Source: an uncultured Chloroflexia bacterium
GTDB lineage: Bacteria; Chloroflexota; Limnocylindria; Limnocylindrales; CSP1-4
Reading direction: 5' to 3'
Assembly (NCBI GenBank): GCA_963819655.1
Contig: CAWFXA010000001.1
Location: 96,001 to 160,000, forward strand
DNA length: 64,000 nucleotides
Each line of letters begins with the position of its first letter. Within the stretch, counting starts at the first letter, position 1. Below are positions 28,890-41,747 of the stretch, one piece after another. The position numbers were made by a program, and so were the translations under genes. The notes under the pieces were generated by a model. It was not told the DNA's origin and ran no database searches. It worked only from the letters and a program-made list of their open reading frames with translations.

Positions 28890-30006
28890 GCCCGACGACG
28901 GCGCCGCCCAGGACGAGCCGGCCGCTGCCGACGCCTCCTGCCAGGAGCGCCAGCGCGACGACGGCCTCGACGAGCGACAACGCATCACCTACTGCCGTCA
29001 GGGCGAGCTGCCCCGCGACGACGGCGATCAGGCCCACCGCGGCGACGTTGACTCCGTCCAGGAACGCCCGAGCGCGGACGGACGCGCGCAACCGGTCGAG
29101 GATCGGGATGCTCAGTCCGACGGCCACGAAGGCCGGCAGGAAGACGCCGACCGTTGCCGCGACCGCACCGGCCGGTCCGCCGACGACGTAGCCGATGAAG
29201 GTCGCCGTCGAGAACAGCGGCCCGGGGGTCGCCTGTCCCACCGCGACCGCGTCGAGCAGCTGCCTCTCGGTCAACCAGCCGAGCCCGTCCACCAGCTCCG
29301 ACCGCAACAGCGCCACGAGCACGTAGCCACTGCCGAAGAGCACCGCTCCGATCTTCAGGAACGCGAGGAAGATCGCCGGGATCGAGGCCATTCCAGCGGC
29401 AGCCGCTGGCGCAGAGACCCACGCGGACGGCGACGCGAGCGACAGGGCGATCCAACCCGCGGCACCGGGCCGGGCCACACTCGCGGCGACGAGCCCGACC
29501 AGCCCCGCGGTTAGCAGCACCGCGATCTCCGGGAAGCCTGCGAGCACGGCGCCGATCGACGCGACAAGAAGCACGCCGTGCCACGGTGTCCTGACCGCCG
29601 TCCGGGCGATCGACCAGCCGGCATGAGCGATCACCGCGACGACGATCGGCGCGATCCCGACCAGCAGCGCCTCGATCTCCGGACGCTGCCCATACGCGAC
29701 GTAGAGCCAGGCGAGGGCGGCGACGATCAGGACGGCCGGAAGCAGGAACGCAAGTCCCGCGACGACCAAACCGCGGCGACCCGCGCGGCGGTGCCCGATG
29801 TGCATCGCGAGCTCGGTCGACGTCGGGCCTGGGATCAGGTTCGCGGCTCCCAGGAGGCCGAGAAAGGTCGCGTCATCGAGCCAGGCCCTGCGCCGAACGA
29901 ACTCGTCGCGCATCAGCGCGACGTGGGCCGCCGGACCGCCGAACGACGTCAGGCCGAGGCGAAGGAAGACGGCGGCAAGGCCGACGAGTCCTGACTCATC
30001 GGGGGA
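28861..30006 (-). CDS. chrA: Chromate efflux transporter (long CHR family)
   Basis: FLRLGLTSFGGPAAHVA, IPGPTSTE, KIGAVLFGSGY, GQATPGP. Start unresolved; no clean in-frame start after the aceE stop. Confidence 0.85.
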   Translation of the reverse strand, partial: SPDESGLVGLAAVFLRLGLTSFGGPAAHVALMRDEFVRRRAWLDDATFLGLLGAANLIPGPTSTELAMHIGHRRAGRRGLVVAGLAFLLPAVLIVAALAWLYVAYGQRPEIEALLVGIAPIVVAVIAHAGWSIARTAVRTPWHGVLLVASIGAVLAGFPEIAVLLTAGLVGLVAASVARPGAAGWIALSLASPSAWVSAPAAAAGMASIPAIFLAFLKIGAVLFGSGYVLVALLRSELVDGLGWLTERQLLDAVAVGQATPGPLFSTATFIGYVVGGPAGAVAATVGVFLPAFVAVGLSIPILDRLRASVRARAFLDGVNVAAVGLIAVVAGQLALTAVGDALSLVEAVVALALLAGGVGSGRLVLGGAVVGLIRLAWIPP

Positions 30007-30016
30007 TCGCGCGAAC

Positions 30017-32707
<2,691 letters not shown>

Positions 32708-32779
32708 GGTCGTGCCTATCGTAGGGCGGACGGGCGCGAAGCGAAGGTTGCGAGTCAGGGGCGGTGGATAAGCGGTCGA

Positions 32780-33145
32780 TCAGGCGCCCTCGACGCGGAG
32801 CGTCGTGCCCAGGATCTCGTCGCGCACCATCGATGTGGCGGCGGGGTCACCGCCGTACTTTCGCAAGAGCGCCGCGGAGGCTCGAGCGACGGAGTCGGGG
32901 TCCGTCGCAGCGATGGCCCTGGCCGGCAGGCGCTCCTTTCCGATCTTCACGGCGACCTCAGGGTTCGCGCCGGCTTCGCGGTACCAGCGCGCACCCGCGC
33001 CGCGCCACGACCGGACGAATACATCGGGGCCGTCGACCACGGCCCAGATGATCGTGCTGTGGACAGGCCCGCCCGGCTTGGACGTCTCGATCCTGATCGT
33101 CTTGGCGCGGTCGATGCGGTCCAGGGCGTCTTGGCTGAACGGCAT
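32780..33145 (-). CDS. DUF2255 family protein (PNPOx-like split barrel)
   Basis: TIIWAVVDG.DVFVRSWRG..ARWYR..LLRKY. Confidence 0.7.
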   Translation of the reverse strand: MPFSQDALDRIDRAKTIRIETSKPGGPVHSTIIWAVVDGPDVFVRSWRGAGARWYREAGANPEVAVKIGKERLPARAIAATDPDSVARASAALLRKYGGDPAATSMVRDEILGTTLRVEGA

Positions 33146-33631
33146 GGGGCTAGGGTAGCCGTCTCGGGCCCTGTCGATGCCTTCCGCCCGAAACGATGGC
33201 TGGCAGCGATCGAAATCGGCTCGAAGGCGCGCACGACACCGTGCTGAGCGTCGTTCCGAATCGTTCGCTCACAGCGATCGATCCAGGCCGGAGCCCGCAG
33301 CGCGGCACTCCCACGTCATGCACCTGGGGCATACGGCCCGTTCCCGCACCCGGCGCGGAGCTGGCCGACTTGCTGGTATTCGCCCGGCGCATGACGCGGG
33401 AGTGGTCCCACCCGCGGTCGGCGACGCTTGACCCGCCCGGTGCGCAGACGCACCGCCGCAGCCTTCGGAAGGACCGTGCCCTGTAATGCCGATGAAACGG
33501 TTCTGCAATGTCGGGGCGCCACGGGCGGCAGGGTGACCCGGGGATGCTGGAAGCCCAGCCACTTGGAGGTGCCTCGGCTGACGTGTCGGACGATGTCCGG
33601 CACCATTGATACTTGAATCAGGAGGTGCCGA

Positions 33632-34387
33632 GTGAGTACGCAACCACTCGTGCTCGTCGCCGACGACGAGCCTCGGATCACGAAGCTCGTCTCGATCGCC
33701 CTCGGTGAGGAGGGGTTCCGCGTCGTGACCGCCAATGGCGGTGAGGACGCTCTCCAGAAAGCCGAGGAGGTCCGACCGGACATCGTCCTGCTCGACATCG
33801 TCATGCCGGACCTCGACGGCATCGAGGTCATGCGCCAGCTGCGCGAGCGGCGCCCGGTCGCGGTGATCCTGTTGACCGCCAAGGGCTCGACCGCCGACAA
33901 GGCCAAGGGCCTCGACCTCGGCGCCGACGACTACATCGCCAAGCCGTTCCACCCGGACGAGCTCGCGGCGCGCGTCCGCGCGGTCCTGCGACGCTCCTCG
34001 GGTGCAAGCCCGGGCTCCGGCGTCCTCGCGTTCGACGACATCGAGATCGACCTCGAACGACGGATGGTCACCCGGAACGGGGAGCTGGTCCAGCTCTCGC
34101 GGACGGAATGGCTCCTGCTCCAGCACCTGGCGGCCAACGCCGGGAAGGTCGTTCTCCATACCGAGCTCCTGACCAAGGTCTGGGGACCGGAATACCGCGA
34201 CGACCTGCAGTACCTGCGGGTCTGGGTGTCGCGCGTCCGCCGCAAGCTGGGCGCTGAGCCCGGCGAGCCGGGCCGCATCAAGACGTTCCAGGGCATCGGC
34301 TACCTGCTCGATGTCCAGCCGCCGACGCCCCCCGAGACCGTCGCGCCTGAGCCCGAGAAGGACGAGGAGTCCGCGCTCATCGGCTAG
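33632..34387 (+). CDS. OmpR/KdpE-type response regulator
   Basis: LVADDE, LLDIVMPDLDG, GADDYIAKPF, VWGPEY..QYLRVWVSRVRRKL..GIGY; AGGAGGT SD. Confidence 0.92.
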   Translation: MSTQPLVLVADDEPRITKLVSIALGEEGFRVVTANGGEDALQKAEEVRPDIVLLDIVMPDLDGIEVMRQLRERRPVAVILLTAKGSTADKAKGLDLGADDYIAKPFHPDELAARVRAVLRRSSGASPGSGVLAFDDIEIDLERRMVTRNGELVQLSRTEWLLLQHLAANAGKVVLHTELLTKVWGPEYRDDLQYLRVWVSRVRRKLGAEPGEPGRIKTFQGIGYLLDVQPPTPPETVAPEPEKDEESALIG

Positions 34388-34396
34388 GCTTCGAAC

Positions 34397-35002
34397 GTGC
34401 AGCGCTATGACGCGGCGACGGCGCTCGTCGTCGTCGACGTGCAGAACGACTTCGTTGACCCGGCCGGCAGCCTGACGGTCAAGGGCGGCGACGCCGTCGT
34501 CCGGGTCATCAACCGCGAGATCGCGATGGCCTCATCCGCGGGCGCCCTCGTCGTCGCGACGCAGGACTGGCACCCGGAGTCGACTCCGCATTTCGCGAAG
34601 GACGGCGGCATCTGGCCGGTCCACTGTGTCGCCGACACGTGGGGCGCCCGCCTCCATCCCGACCTCAGCATCCCCGACGACGCACCGCGCGTCCACAAGG
34701 GAGCGAACGGCGAGGACGGCTACTCCGGCTTCACGATGCGCGACCCCACGTCTGGGGAGGAGACGCCGACCGAGCTCGACGGACTGCTCCGCCAACGCGG
34801 GACGAAACACGTCGTCGTCGTCGGCCTCGCGACCGATTACTGTGTCTCGGCGACCGCTCTCGATGCAGCGCGGCTCGGCTACACCACGGCCGTCCTGACC
34901 GACGCGATCGCCGTAGTGGACCTGCAGCCGGGCGACGGCGAGCGAGCACTCGAGGCCATGCGCGACGCGGGCGTCGCGATGTGGCAGACGCGGATGCGCT
35001 GA
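34397..35002 (+). CDS. pncA: Nicotinamidase/pyrazinamidase (isochorismatase family)
   Basis: VDVQNDF, TQDWHP, WPVHCV, KG..DGYSGF, GLATDYCV. Confidence 0.85.
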   Translation: MQRYDAATALVVVDVQNDFVDPAGSLTVKGGDAVVRVINREIAMASSAGALVVATQDWHPESTPHFAKDGGIWPVHCVADTWGARLHPDLSIPDDAPRVHKGANGEDGYSGFTMRDPTSGEETPTELDGLLRQRGTKHVVVVGLATDYCVSATALDAARLGYTTAVLTDAIAVVDLQPGDGERALEAMRDAGVAMWQTRMR

Positions 35003-35010
35003 CCGCGCGC

Positions 35011-35916
35011 GTGCAGCTTCACCTCGTCGACGCGACCTACGAGCTGTTCCGCGCGCATTACGCGCCTCGGCCGCCTGTCCTCGGCCGGGATGGCGTGGTG
35101 CTCTCGGGCGTTTCGGGCCTGTGCGATCAGCTGCTCTATCTCCTCCGGGAGGAGGGCGCGACGCACGTCGGCGCTGCGACCGACCGCGTGATCGAGTCGT
35201 TCCGCAACGACCTGTTCCCTGGCTACAAGTCGTCGGCTGGGATGCCGCGGGAGCTCCTGGCGCAGTTCCCCATCGCCGAGGCGGCCGTCGAGGCACTCGG
35301 GATCGTCCTCTGGCCGATGGTCGAGTACGAGGCGGACGACGCGATCGCCGCTGCGGCGCTTCGATTCGTCGATGACCCGCGGGTCGAGAAGATCATCGTG
35401 TGCACCCCGGACAAGGACATGGCACAGCTCGTCCGCGACGAGCGGATCGTGCTGTGGGACCGCCGCCGCGGGCTGACCTACGACGACGCCGGGGTGCGCG
35501 CGAAATGGGGTGTGCCGCCCACCTCGATCCCTGACTGGCTCGCGGTCGTCGGCGACTCGTCCGACGGCTACCCGGGCATCCCGGGCTGGGGCGCGAAGGG
35601 AGCTGCAGCGGTACTGTCAGCGTACGGCCATCTTGGGGACATCCCGGAACGTGCCTCGGCCTGGGAGGTCCCGGGCGTCAGCGGCGGGCGTGCGATGACC
35701 TTGGCAGCATCGTTGCGCGACCACATGGCCGAGGCGCTCCTCTACCGCGACCTCGCCCGACTCCGGACGGCGGAGGACGGCGTCCCGATCCGTCAGAAGG
35801 ATCCCGATGAGTTGCGCTGGGACGGCGCACCGCGGGACACCTGGGAAGCGTTCTGCGAGGAATGGGGCCTGGACAGACTCCGGACCCGTCCGCACCGCTG
35901 GCTGGACGAGTCCTAG
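35011..35916 (+). CDS. Standalone 5'-3' exonuclease/flap endonuclease
   Basis: LVDATYELFRA, SFRN..GYK, EADD, PDKD..QLV, GDSSDGYPGIPGWGAK (H3TH). Confidence 0.88.
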   Translation: MQLHLVDATYELFRAHYAPRPPVLGRDGVVLSGVSGLCDQLLYLLREEGATHVGAATDRVIESFRNDLFPGYKSSAGMPRELLAQFPIAEAAVEALGIVLWPMVEYEADDAIAAAALRFVDDPRVEKIIVCTPDKDMAQLVRDERIVLWDRRRGLTYDDAGVRAKWGVPPTSIPDWLAVVGDSSDGYPGIPGWGAKGAAAVLSAYGHLGDIPERASAWEVPGVSGGRAMTLAASLRDHMAEALLYRDLARLRTAEDGVPIRQKDPDELRWDGAPRDTWEAFCEEWGLDRLRTRPHRWLDES

Positions 35917-35939
35917 CGGCTCGCGGCCGGGCCGCGCCT

Positions 35940-36764
35940 CTACCTGACGAGGTCGAGGAGCGTGGCGTGATGCGGCTCCGGTGCCGCCAGCACGCCGATC
36001 GACTTCGGGGCGTGCGCGAAATCGAACCACGGGCCGCCGTCCATCGCCGACACCCTGGCCCCTCCCCGCTCGGCGATGAGCCCGGCCGCAGCGACATCCC
36101 ACGCCGAGAGGCCACCCTGCTGGATGAACGCGTCGAACCGCCCGTTCGCCACGTACGCCAGCGCGAGCGCGGCCGATCCCATGTTGCGCGAGATTCGGAT
36201 GACCTTGCGGACGTTCCGGCTGCGGCCCACGGCCGATCGCCCGCTGAGGGCCATCGAGATCACGTAGTCCGACAGGCGCTCCTTGTCCGACGCCGTGATC
36301 GCGTGGCTCGGCGTGCCCAGGGTCGACATCAACATCGCCGGGCCGTCGCTCGAGGCCGCAAACGTCTCGGAGCGCGTTGGGTCATGGACGACACCGACGG
36401 TCGGCTGGCCGTCGACCACGAGCCCGATCGACACGCAGAAGAACGGGATCCCGTTTGCGTAGTTCACGGTGCCGTCCAGCGGATCGACGATCCACACGCG
36501 CCCGCGCCCCGAGGTCGGCGCCTCCCCTGCGACGGGATGATGCTCGCCGCTCTCCTCGGCCACGATCGCATCACCAGGGCGGTAGGCACGGATCGCGTCG
36601 AGGATCAGCTCTTCCGAGAGGTGATCCGCCTCGGTCACCACGTCCCGGGCGCTCTTGTAGTCGATGCGCTCGAGACGCTCGTAGCGGTCCATCAGGACCT
36701 CCCCGGCGCGGGCCGCGAGCGCAACCGCGAAGGCAAGGTCGTCGGCGCCCGCCTCCCTGCTCAC
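35940..36764 (-). CDS. Inositol monophosphatase family protein
   Basis: DVVTEAD, AEES, WIVDPLDGTVNY, GSAALALAYVA.GRFD, WDVAAAG. Confidence 0.88.
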   Translation of the reverse strand: MSREAGADDLAFAVALAARAGEVLMDRYERLERIDYKSARDVVTEADHLSEELILDAIRAYRPGDAIVAEESGEHHPVAGEAPTSGRGRVWIVDPLDGTVNYANGIPFFCVSIGLVVDGQPTVGVVHDPTRSETFAASSDGPAMLMSTLGTPSHAITASDKERLSDYVISMALSGRSAVGRSRNVRKVIRISRNMGSAALALAYVANGRFDAFIQQGGLSAWDVAAAGLIAERGGARVSAMDGGPWFDFAHAPKSIGVLAAPEPHHATLLDLVR

Positions 36765-37256
36765 GGGGTCCGGCACGTCGATCCGGAGATCGCCAGGCTG
36801 CGTCCCAAGCTCGGTGACGACCGTCGCAAACGTCCGCGTCTCGTGCGACTCGAGCCGCGGGCTGATGACGAATGCGGCCGCGCCCGTGCCCCGGTCCCCC
36901 GCCCTGCTGATACGGCAGTTCGTCTGCCCGGCCGAATCGCCCTCGTTGGTGACGGTCATCGTGACCGTCAGCCCATCACCGGCCGCCGCGACACCGTCGA
37001 CCGTGGCGGGGAATGGCCCGATCCCGGCGACCGACAACCGGGCGGCGACCGCCAGCAGGACGATCGCCACCACGACCGCGATGAACACCGAGCCGTGGAC
37101 CTGGCCCGACGCCACGTCGCGCAGACCCAGCGGGTTGCACTCCTCGCACAGGCCGATCCCCGGACCGACAGGCTTCCCGCATCGAGCGCATGGGTGCGTC
37201 GGCTCCGCGGGAGCGGGGAGGTTCGGCGCAGGCGTAGCGGACGTGGTCGGGGTCAC
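36761..37256 (-). CDS. Hypothetical membrane protein: N-terminal Zn-finger, one TM, Ig-like extracellular domain
   Basis: CARCG..CEECNP, a TM helix, then TVTNEG..NCRI. In frame with the IMPase as sequenced; removing one base near 36777 gives ..CRTP-stop with a GTGA overlap. Confidence 0.6.
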
Positions 37257-37288
37257 GCCTCGATGGTGCCACGAAACGGTCAGCGGCC

Positions 37289-38150
37289 CTACCAGCGGGC
37301 GACGGAATCGACGAGCGCGTCGACGTCCTCGGTCGAGCGGGCGGTGAGGATCGCCCCGTCCGCGCCCGCCTCGCGCCAGCGCTCCCAGGTGGCGCGCGGC
37401 TCCCTGATCCACGGCGAATCGATGACGACGCTCGCGTCCTTGTCCCAGCCGCCCTGGAACCCGACGATCACCGTCTGGTCGGCGCGACGCCGGCCACTCG
37501 CCTCGAGGGCATCGAGATACACGGGCAGGTTGTCCTCGAAGTTGTCGTCGAACGCGGTCCAGCCGTCGCCGATCCGCGCCGCCAGGGCGGCGCCGGCCCG
37601 CGTCTCCCCGCCGATGACGATCCGTCGGCGGTTCCGCGACCGGATGCGCATAGGCGTCGCGCAGCGGATAGAACGGCGAGTGCCGCGTCACCGGGCCGCC
37701 GGTCCACAGCGCGCGCATGACAGCGACCGCCTCCTCCAGTCGCGCGACGCGTTCGGGTGCCGCTGGGAAGTCGATGCCGTAGGCCTCATGTTCCCTGGGC
37801 GCGCCGCCGATCCCGATCCCGAGCACGAGCCGGCCACCGCTCGCGATGTGCAGCGTCGAGGCCATCCGGGCGACCACCGCCGGGTGGCGGTTCATCACGT
37901 TCATCACGAATGTCCCGACCGTGACGCGCGTCGTCTGCGCCGCAGCCATCGACAGGATCGTCCACGCCTCGACGACCGGCACGGTCCGATCGCCCTTGCC
38001 GATGAAGTGGTCCCAGCACCACACGCCGGCGAAGCCGGCCTCGTCAAGGCGCCGGGCGCTGCCGAGCCACCAGTCGGGCGTGGCCTGGATGGAGCGCAGG
38101 GAGACCCCGATCGGCAGTCGGTCCGGACCGCCCGCCTCGGGACCGCCCAT
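37289..38150 (-). CDS. LLM class flavin/F420-dependent oxidoreductase, apparent frameshift near 37624
   Basis: VWCWDHF, EAWTIL, RHPAVVARMASTL..SGGRLVLGIG, then IVIGG..ARIGDGW in the next frame. Confidence 0.8.
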
Positions 38151-38155
38151 CGTGC

Positions 38156-39004
38156 TCAGAGACCCGTCTCGAACAAGCGGACATCCTCGTCGGAGGCGGC
38201 GTGTCCGTCGCCTCGCGTCGGATCGAGCGCGTCGCGTGCCCCGAGCGCATCGAGGTCGGCCGGGAACCGCCCGATCAGGTCGAGCACGACCTTCTGGATC
38301 CGCTCGGCGTTCGCCTGGAACACCTCGAGGACACTTCGCGCGTCGACGGCTTCGGTGCCCTCGTGGACGCCCGCGTCGTAGTCGGTGATCAGGCTGATGT
38401 TGACGACCGCGATCCCGAGCTCGCGGCACAGCCACGCCTCGGGGTACTGGGTCATGTTGATGACCTCCCAGCCGGCATCGCTGAACCATTTCGACTCGGA
38501 CCTGGTCGAGAAGCGCGGTCCCTGGATCACGACGACCGTGCCGCGCTCGTGGACGTCGATGCCGTGGTCGCGGATAGTGTCGATCGCTAGCTGCCGCAGG
38601 ACGGGGTCGTAGGTCTCGGCCGACGAGAGGTGAGTCACGATCGGGCCGTCGTAGAAGGTGTCGGCACGACCGGTCGTCCGATCGACGAACTGGTCGCAGA
38701 CGACGAAATCGCCGGGCTTCACGTGGAGCGCTAGCGAGCCGGCCGCGCACGGCGAGATCGCCGCCTTCACGCCGAGCGACTTCATCGCCCAGACGTTGGC
38801 CCGGTAGTTGATTCGGTGCGGCGGGATCGTGTGGCGACGACCGTGGCGCGGCAGGAACGCGACCCGCCGCCCGCCGACGTCGGCCAGGAACAGTGAGTCC
38901 GACGGGGCGCCGTACGGGGTGTCGACCTTGATCTCGCGCACGTCATCGAGCAGCGAGTAGAACCCCGAGCCACCGAAGACGCCGATCTCCGCCGAATCCG
39001 CCAC
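38156..39004 (-). CDS. mtnP: S-methyl-5'-thioadenosine phosphorylase
   Basis: GVFGGSG, TPYGAPS, RHGRRH.IPPH.INYRAN, GPRFSTRSES, INMTQYPEA, ITDYD. Confidence 0.88.
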   Translation of the reverse strand: MADSAEIGVFGGSGFYSLLDDVREIKVDTPYGAPSDSLFLADVGGRRVAFLPRHGRRHTIPPHRINYRANVWAMKSLGVKAAISPCAAGSLALHVKPGDFVVCDQFVDRTTGRADTFYDGPIVTHLSSAETYDPVLRQLAIDTIRDHGIDVHERGTVVVIQGPRFSTRSESKWFSDAGWEVINMTQYPEAWLCRELGIAVVNISLITDYDAGVHEGTEAVDARSVLEVFQANAERIQKVVLDLIGRFPADLDALGARDALDPTRGDGHAASDEDVRLFETGL

Positions 39005-39117
39005 GCGTGTCCCTCCATCGATCACGGGTGCGCCTCTGTCGGACGCTCCCGACCAGTATGCCGGGCTACGATGGGCGGGCTACGGCCCGCAACCCGCAGC
39101 CGGAACGGAGTCCATCG

Positions 39118-39522
39118 ATGACCGGCAAGCCGACCGACCCGGACGACGCGAACCTCACGACGCCCTACGACCCACCGCCGCCGACGCCGGAGCCGGCGGA
39201 GACCCCGGCCCTGCCGCCGGAGACGCCGGAGACCCCGGCCCTGCCGCCGGAGACGCCGGACCCACCGCCCGCCGCACCCGCCCCGGACGCCTCGCCGGCT
39301 ACCGCGCCATCCCCCACGCCAAGGTGGCGCTCATACGGCAACGACGGCCGGACCGGCACGATCGTGTTCGGCGTGATCCTCGTCGCGATCGGTGTCTGGT
39401 TCTTCGGGGACCAGACGCTCGGGCTCGACATGCCGGAGCTCAGTTGGAGCGAGCTGTGGCCGATCCTGATCATCGGACTGGGCGCCTGGATCGTTCTGGG
39501 GTCACTGCGCCGAGACGCCTGA
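39118..39522 (+). CDS. Membrane protein with Pro-rich N-terminus and LiaF/DUF5668-like TM pair
   Basis: FGVILVAIGVWF..LWPILIIGLG; GGAG SD. Confidence 0.7.
   Translation: MTGKPTDPDDANLTTPYDPPPPTPEPAETPALPPETPETPALPPETPDPPPAAPAPDASPATAPSPTPRWRSYGNDGRTGTIVFGVILVAIGVWFFGDQTLGLDMPELSWSELWPILIIGLGAWIVLGSLRRDA
39197..39259 (+). repeat. 30-bp tandem coding duplication (ETPALPPETP x2)
   Basis: GAGACCCCGGCCCTGCCGCCGGAGACGCCG occurs twice in tandem. Confidence 0.8.
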
Positions 39523-40181
39523 TGGCCGACTGGACCATCGGCGACGGTTCGCTGCAGGATCGCCTCACGCTCGCAGACTGGCGGCGGAGGATCGCCACGC
39601 TCTACGTCGAGGTTCGCGCGATGGCAGCCAGCGACCCCGCGGTCGCTCTCGCGCACTGGCGGGCTGTCCGCGAATGGCTTTTTCGCGAGCATCGCCAGTC
39701 ACCGCTGCCCGCCGCCGAGCGGGCGGACTTCCGGGCCAGGCATTTCGACCACGACCCGCGCCTGCGGTTCGTCGTGCCGGTCGAGCCGGCGCCGGCTGTG
39801 GACCCTGGCTCACTCGCGCTCGAGCTGCCCAACAGCGGTTCCGACTCCCTCTCATTCCGGCGCGTCGGGGTCGTCCGGCTGCCGTTCCCGGACGGCGAGC
39901 AGCGCCTCTCGGTCTTCTGGCTTGCGGTCTACGCGGGTGGGCTGTTCATCCCGTTCCGCGACGCGACGAACGGCCACGAGACGTATGGCGCCGGTCGCTA
40001 CCTGATCGACGCGGCCAAGTCGGCCGATCTCGGAGCGGACGAGTCGACCGGCGACCTCGTCCTCGACTTCAACTTCGCCACCCAGCCGTCGTGCGCCTTC
40101 GATCCACTGTGGGCCTGCCCGCTTGCGCCGCCGGAGAACCACCTCGAAATCGAGGTTCGCGCCGGCGAGCGACTGACTTAG
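39522..40181 (+). CDS. DUF1684 domain protein
   Basis: FIPFRDATNG.ETYGAGRYL, LDFNFA.QPSCAF..WACPLAPPEN.L..AGE. Confidence 0.88.
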   Translation: MADWTIGDGSLQDRLTLADWRRRIATLYVEVRAMAASDPAVALAHWRAVREWLFREHRQSPLPAAERADFRARHFDHDPRLRFVVPVEPAPAVDPGSLALELPNSGSDSLSFRRVGVVRLPFPDGEQRLSVFWLAVYAGGLFIPFRDATNGHETYGAGRYLIDAAKSADLGADESTGDLVLDFNFATQPSCAFDPLWACPLAPPENHLEIEVRAGERLT

Positions 40182-40355
40182 GCGATTTACCAAGGTACCG
40201 CCGCGCCCATGACCGACGGCTCCTGACGAAGTCAAGCTCCGGGCCCCGATGATGCGCTCGCTCGGCGTCGCCATCTCGGCGGCGCCGACGCCACGTCCGG
40301 CGACCTCGACAGGCCGCCTTCGCCGCCCGGCGTCCGCGCCGCGTACCATCGCCCG

Positions 40356-40796
40356 ATGACCGAGACCGCACCGAGCTTCGCGCTCGCCCCGCGCATTCGC
40401 GACTTCATCGCCGAGACGCGTTTCACGAGCATCGCGACGATCGATCCAGATGGCGGACCGCGGCAGGCCGTGGTCTGGTATCGACTCGATGGCGACGAGG
40501 TCGTGCTCAATAGCAAGGTCGGCCGGCGCTGGCCGGCGAACCTCCTGCGCGACCCGCGCATCAGCCTGACGATCGTCGATGCGAGCGACGGTTACCGCTG
40601 GGTCGGCCTGACCGGCGTGGTGACGGCCACCCGCGATCAGCCGACGGCCCAGGCAGACATCGCCGAGATGGCTCGCCGCTATCACGCCGACGACCCCGCA
40701 AAGGCGGAACGCCTCATCGCCGATCGCTTCGAGCGCCAGGAGCGGATCAGCTTCCGCGTACGCATCGACGCCGTCCACGATCACCTCGACGACTGA
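40356..40796 (+). CDS. PPOX class F420-dependent oxidoreductase
   Basis: IATIDPDGGP...VVW, NLLRDPRISL, Y.WV.L.G. Confidence 0.8.
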   Translation: MTETAPSFALAPRIRDFIAETRFTSIATIDPDGGPRQAVVWYRLDGDEVVLNSKVGRRWPANLLRDPRISLTIVDASDGYRWVGLTGVVTATRDQPTAQADIAEMARRYHADDPAKAERLIADRFERQERISFRVRIDAVHDHLDD

Positions 40797-40799
40797 CCG

Positions 40800-41744
40800 A
40801 TGTCATCGGACCCGATGCCGGTCAAGTTCGGACTCCAACTCTGGTCGCAACAGACCGACTGGGCCCCGTTTCGCGATACCGCGCTGGCGGCGGAGCGCAA
40901 CGGCTGGGACTCGGTGTGGACGTGGGACCACCTGCTGGCGATCTTCGGTCCGTGGGAGCAGCCGATCTTCGAAGGCTGGACCTCGCTCGCAGCCCTCGGT
41001 CCGATCACGGAGCGTGTGCGTCTGGGTCTGATGGTCGGGGCGAACACGTTCCGCAACCCGGGCCTGACCGCCAAGCTCGCCACGACCCTGGACCATGTCT
41101 CGGCCGGTCGCGCCGTGCTCGGCATCGGCGGCGCGTGGTTCGAGCGGGAGCACGACGCGTTCGGCATCGAATTCGGGGCGAGCCCCGGTGAGCGCCTCGG
41201 CTGGCTGGACGAGTCGGTCATGGTGATGCGCCGCCTGCTCGACGGCGAGCGATTCAGTCACGAGGGGCCGCATTACACGATGCGCGATGCCCTGTGCGAA
41301 CCCCGCCCGATCCAGGCCCATCTGCCGATCCTTATCGGTGGGAGCGGCCGGCAGAAGACCCTGCGGACGGTCGCCGAGCGAGCAGATGCCTGGAACACGT
41401 CGGGATCGCGCGAAGAGGTGGAGGACGCGCTCGAGACCCTCGAGCGCCATTGCGCGGATGTCGGGCGCGACCCGACGACGATCGAGAAGACCGTCAGCTT
41501 CCACATCATCCTGCGCGACGACGCGGCGGCAGCGGAGGCCCGAACCAGGGAGTTGCTCGGGGCGAACGGCGTCGAGATCGACGACTTCGGCGGCCACGTC
41601 GCGGGGACCCCCGAGCACGTGGCCGAGGTTCTCGAGCCCTACCGGGACCTTGGCTTCGAGACGTTCATCGTGCGGATGCCGGCGCCGTACGACCTCGAGA
41701 CCGTCGAACGGATGCGCGAGGTCGCCGAGATCCTGGCCCGATAG
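40800..41744 (+). CDS. LLM class F420-dependent oxidoreductase
   Basis: SVWTWDHL, EGWTSLAAL, NTFRNPGLTAKLATTLDH, GIGGAWFEREH, IGGSG. Confidence 0.88.
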   Translation: MSSDPMPVKFGLQLWSQQTDWAPFRDTALAAERNGWDSVWTWDHLLAIFGPWEQPIFEGWTSLAALGPITERVRLGLMVGANTFRNPGLTAKLATTLDHVSAGRAVLGIGGAWFEREHDAFGIEFGASPGERLGWLDESVMVMRRLLDGERFSHEGPHYTMRDALCEPRPIQAHLPILIGGSGRQKTLRTVAERADAWNTSGSREEVEDALETLERHCADVGRDPTTIEKTVSFHIILRDDAAAAEARTRELLGANGVEIDDFGGHVAGTPEHVAEVLEPYRDLGFETFIVRMPAPYDLETVERMREVAEILAR

Positions 41745-41747
41745 CCA

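Noticed and set aside
35940-38750. 936-aa ORF appearing to fuse LLM, Zn-finger and IMPase domains
   Set aside because: It is explained by separate genes joined by single-base insertions and stop-poor GC-rich frames.
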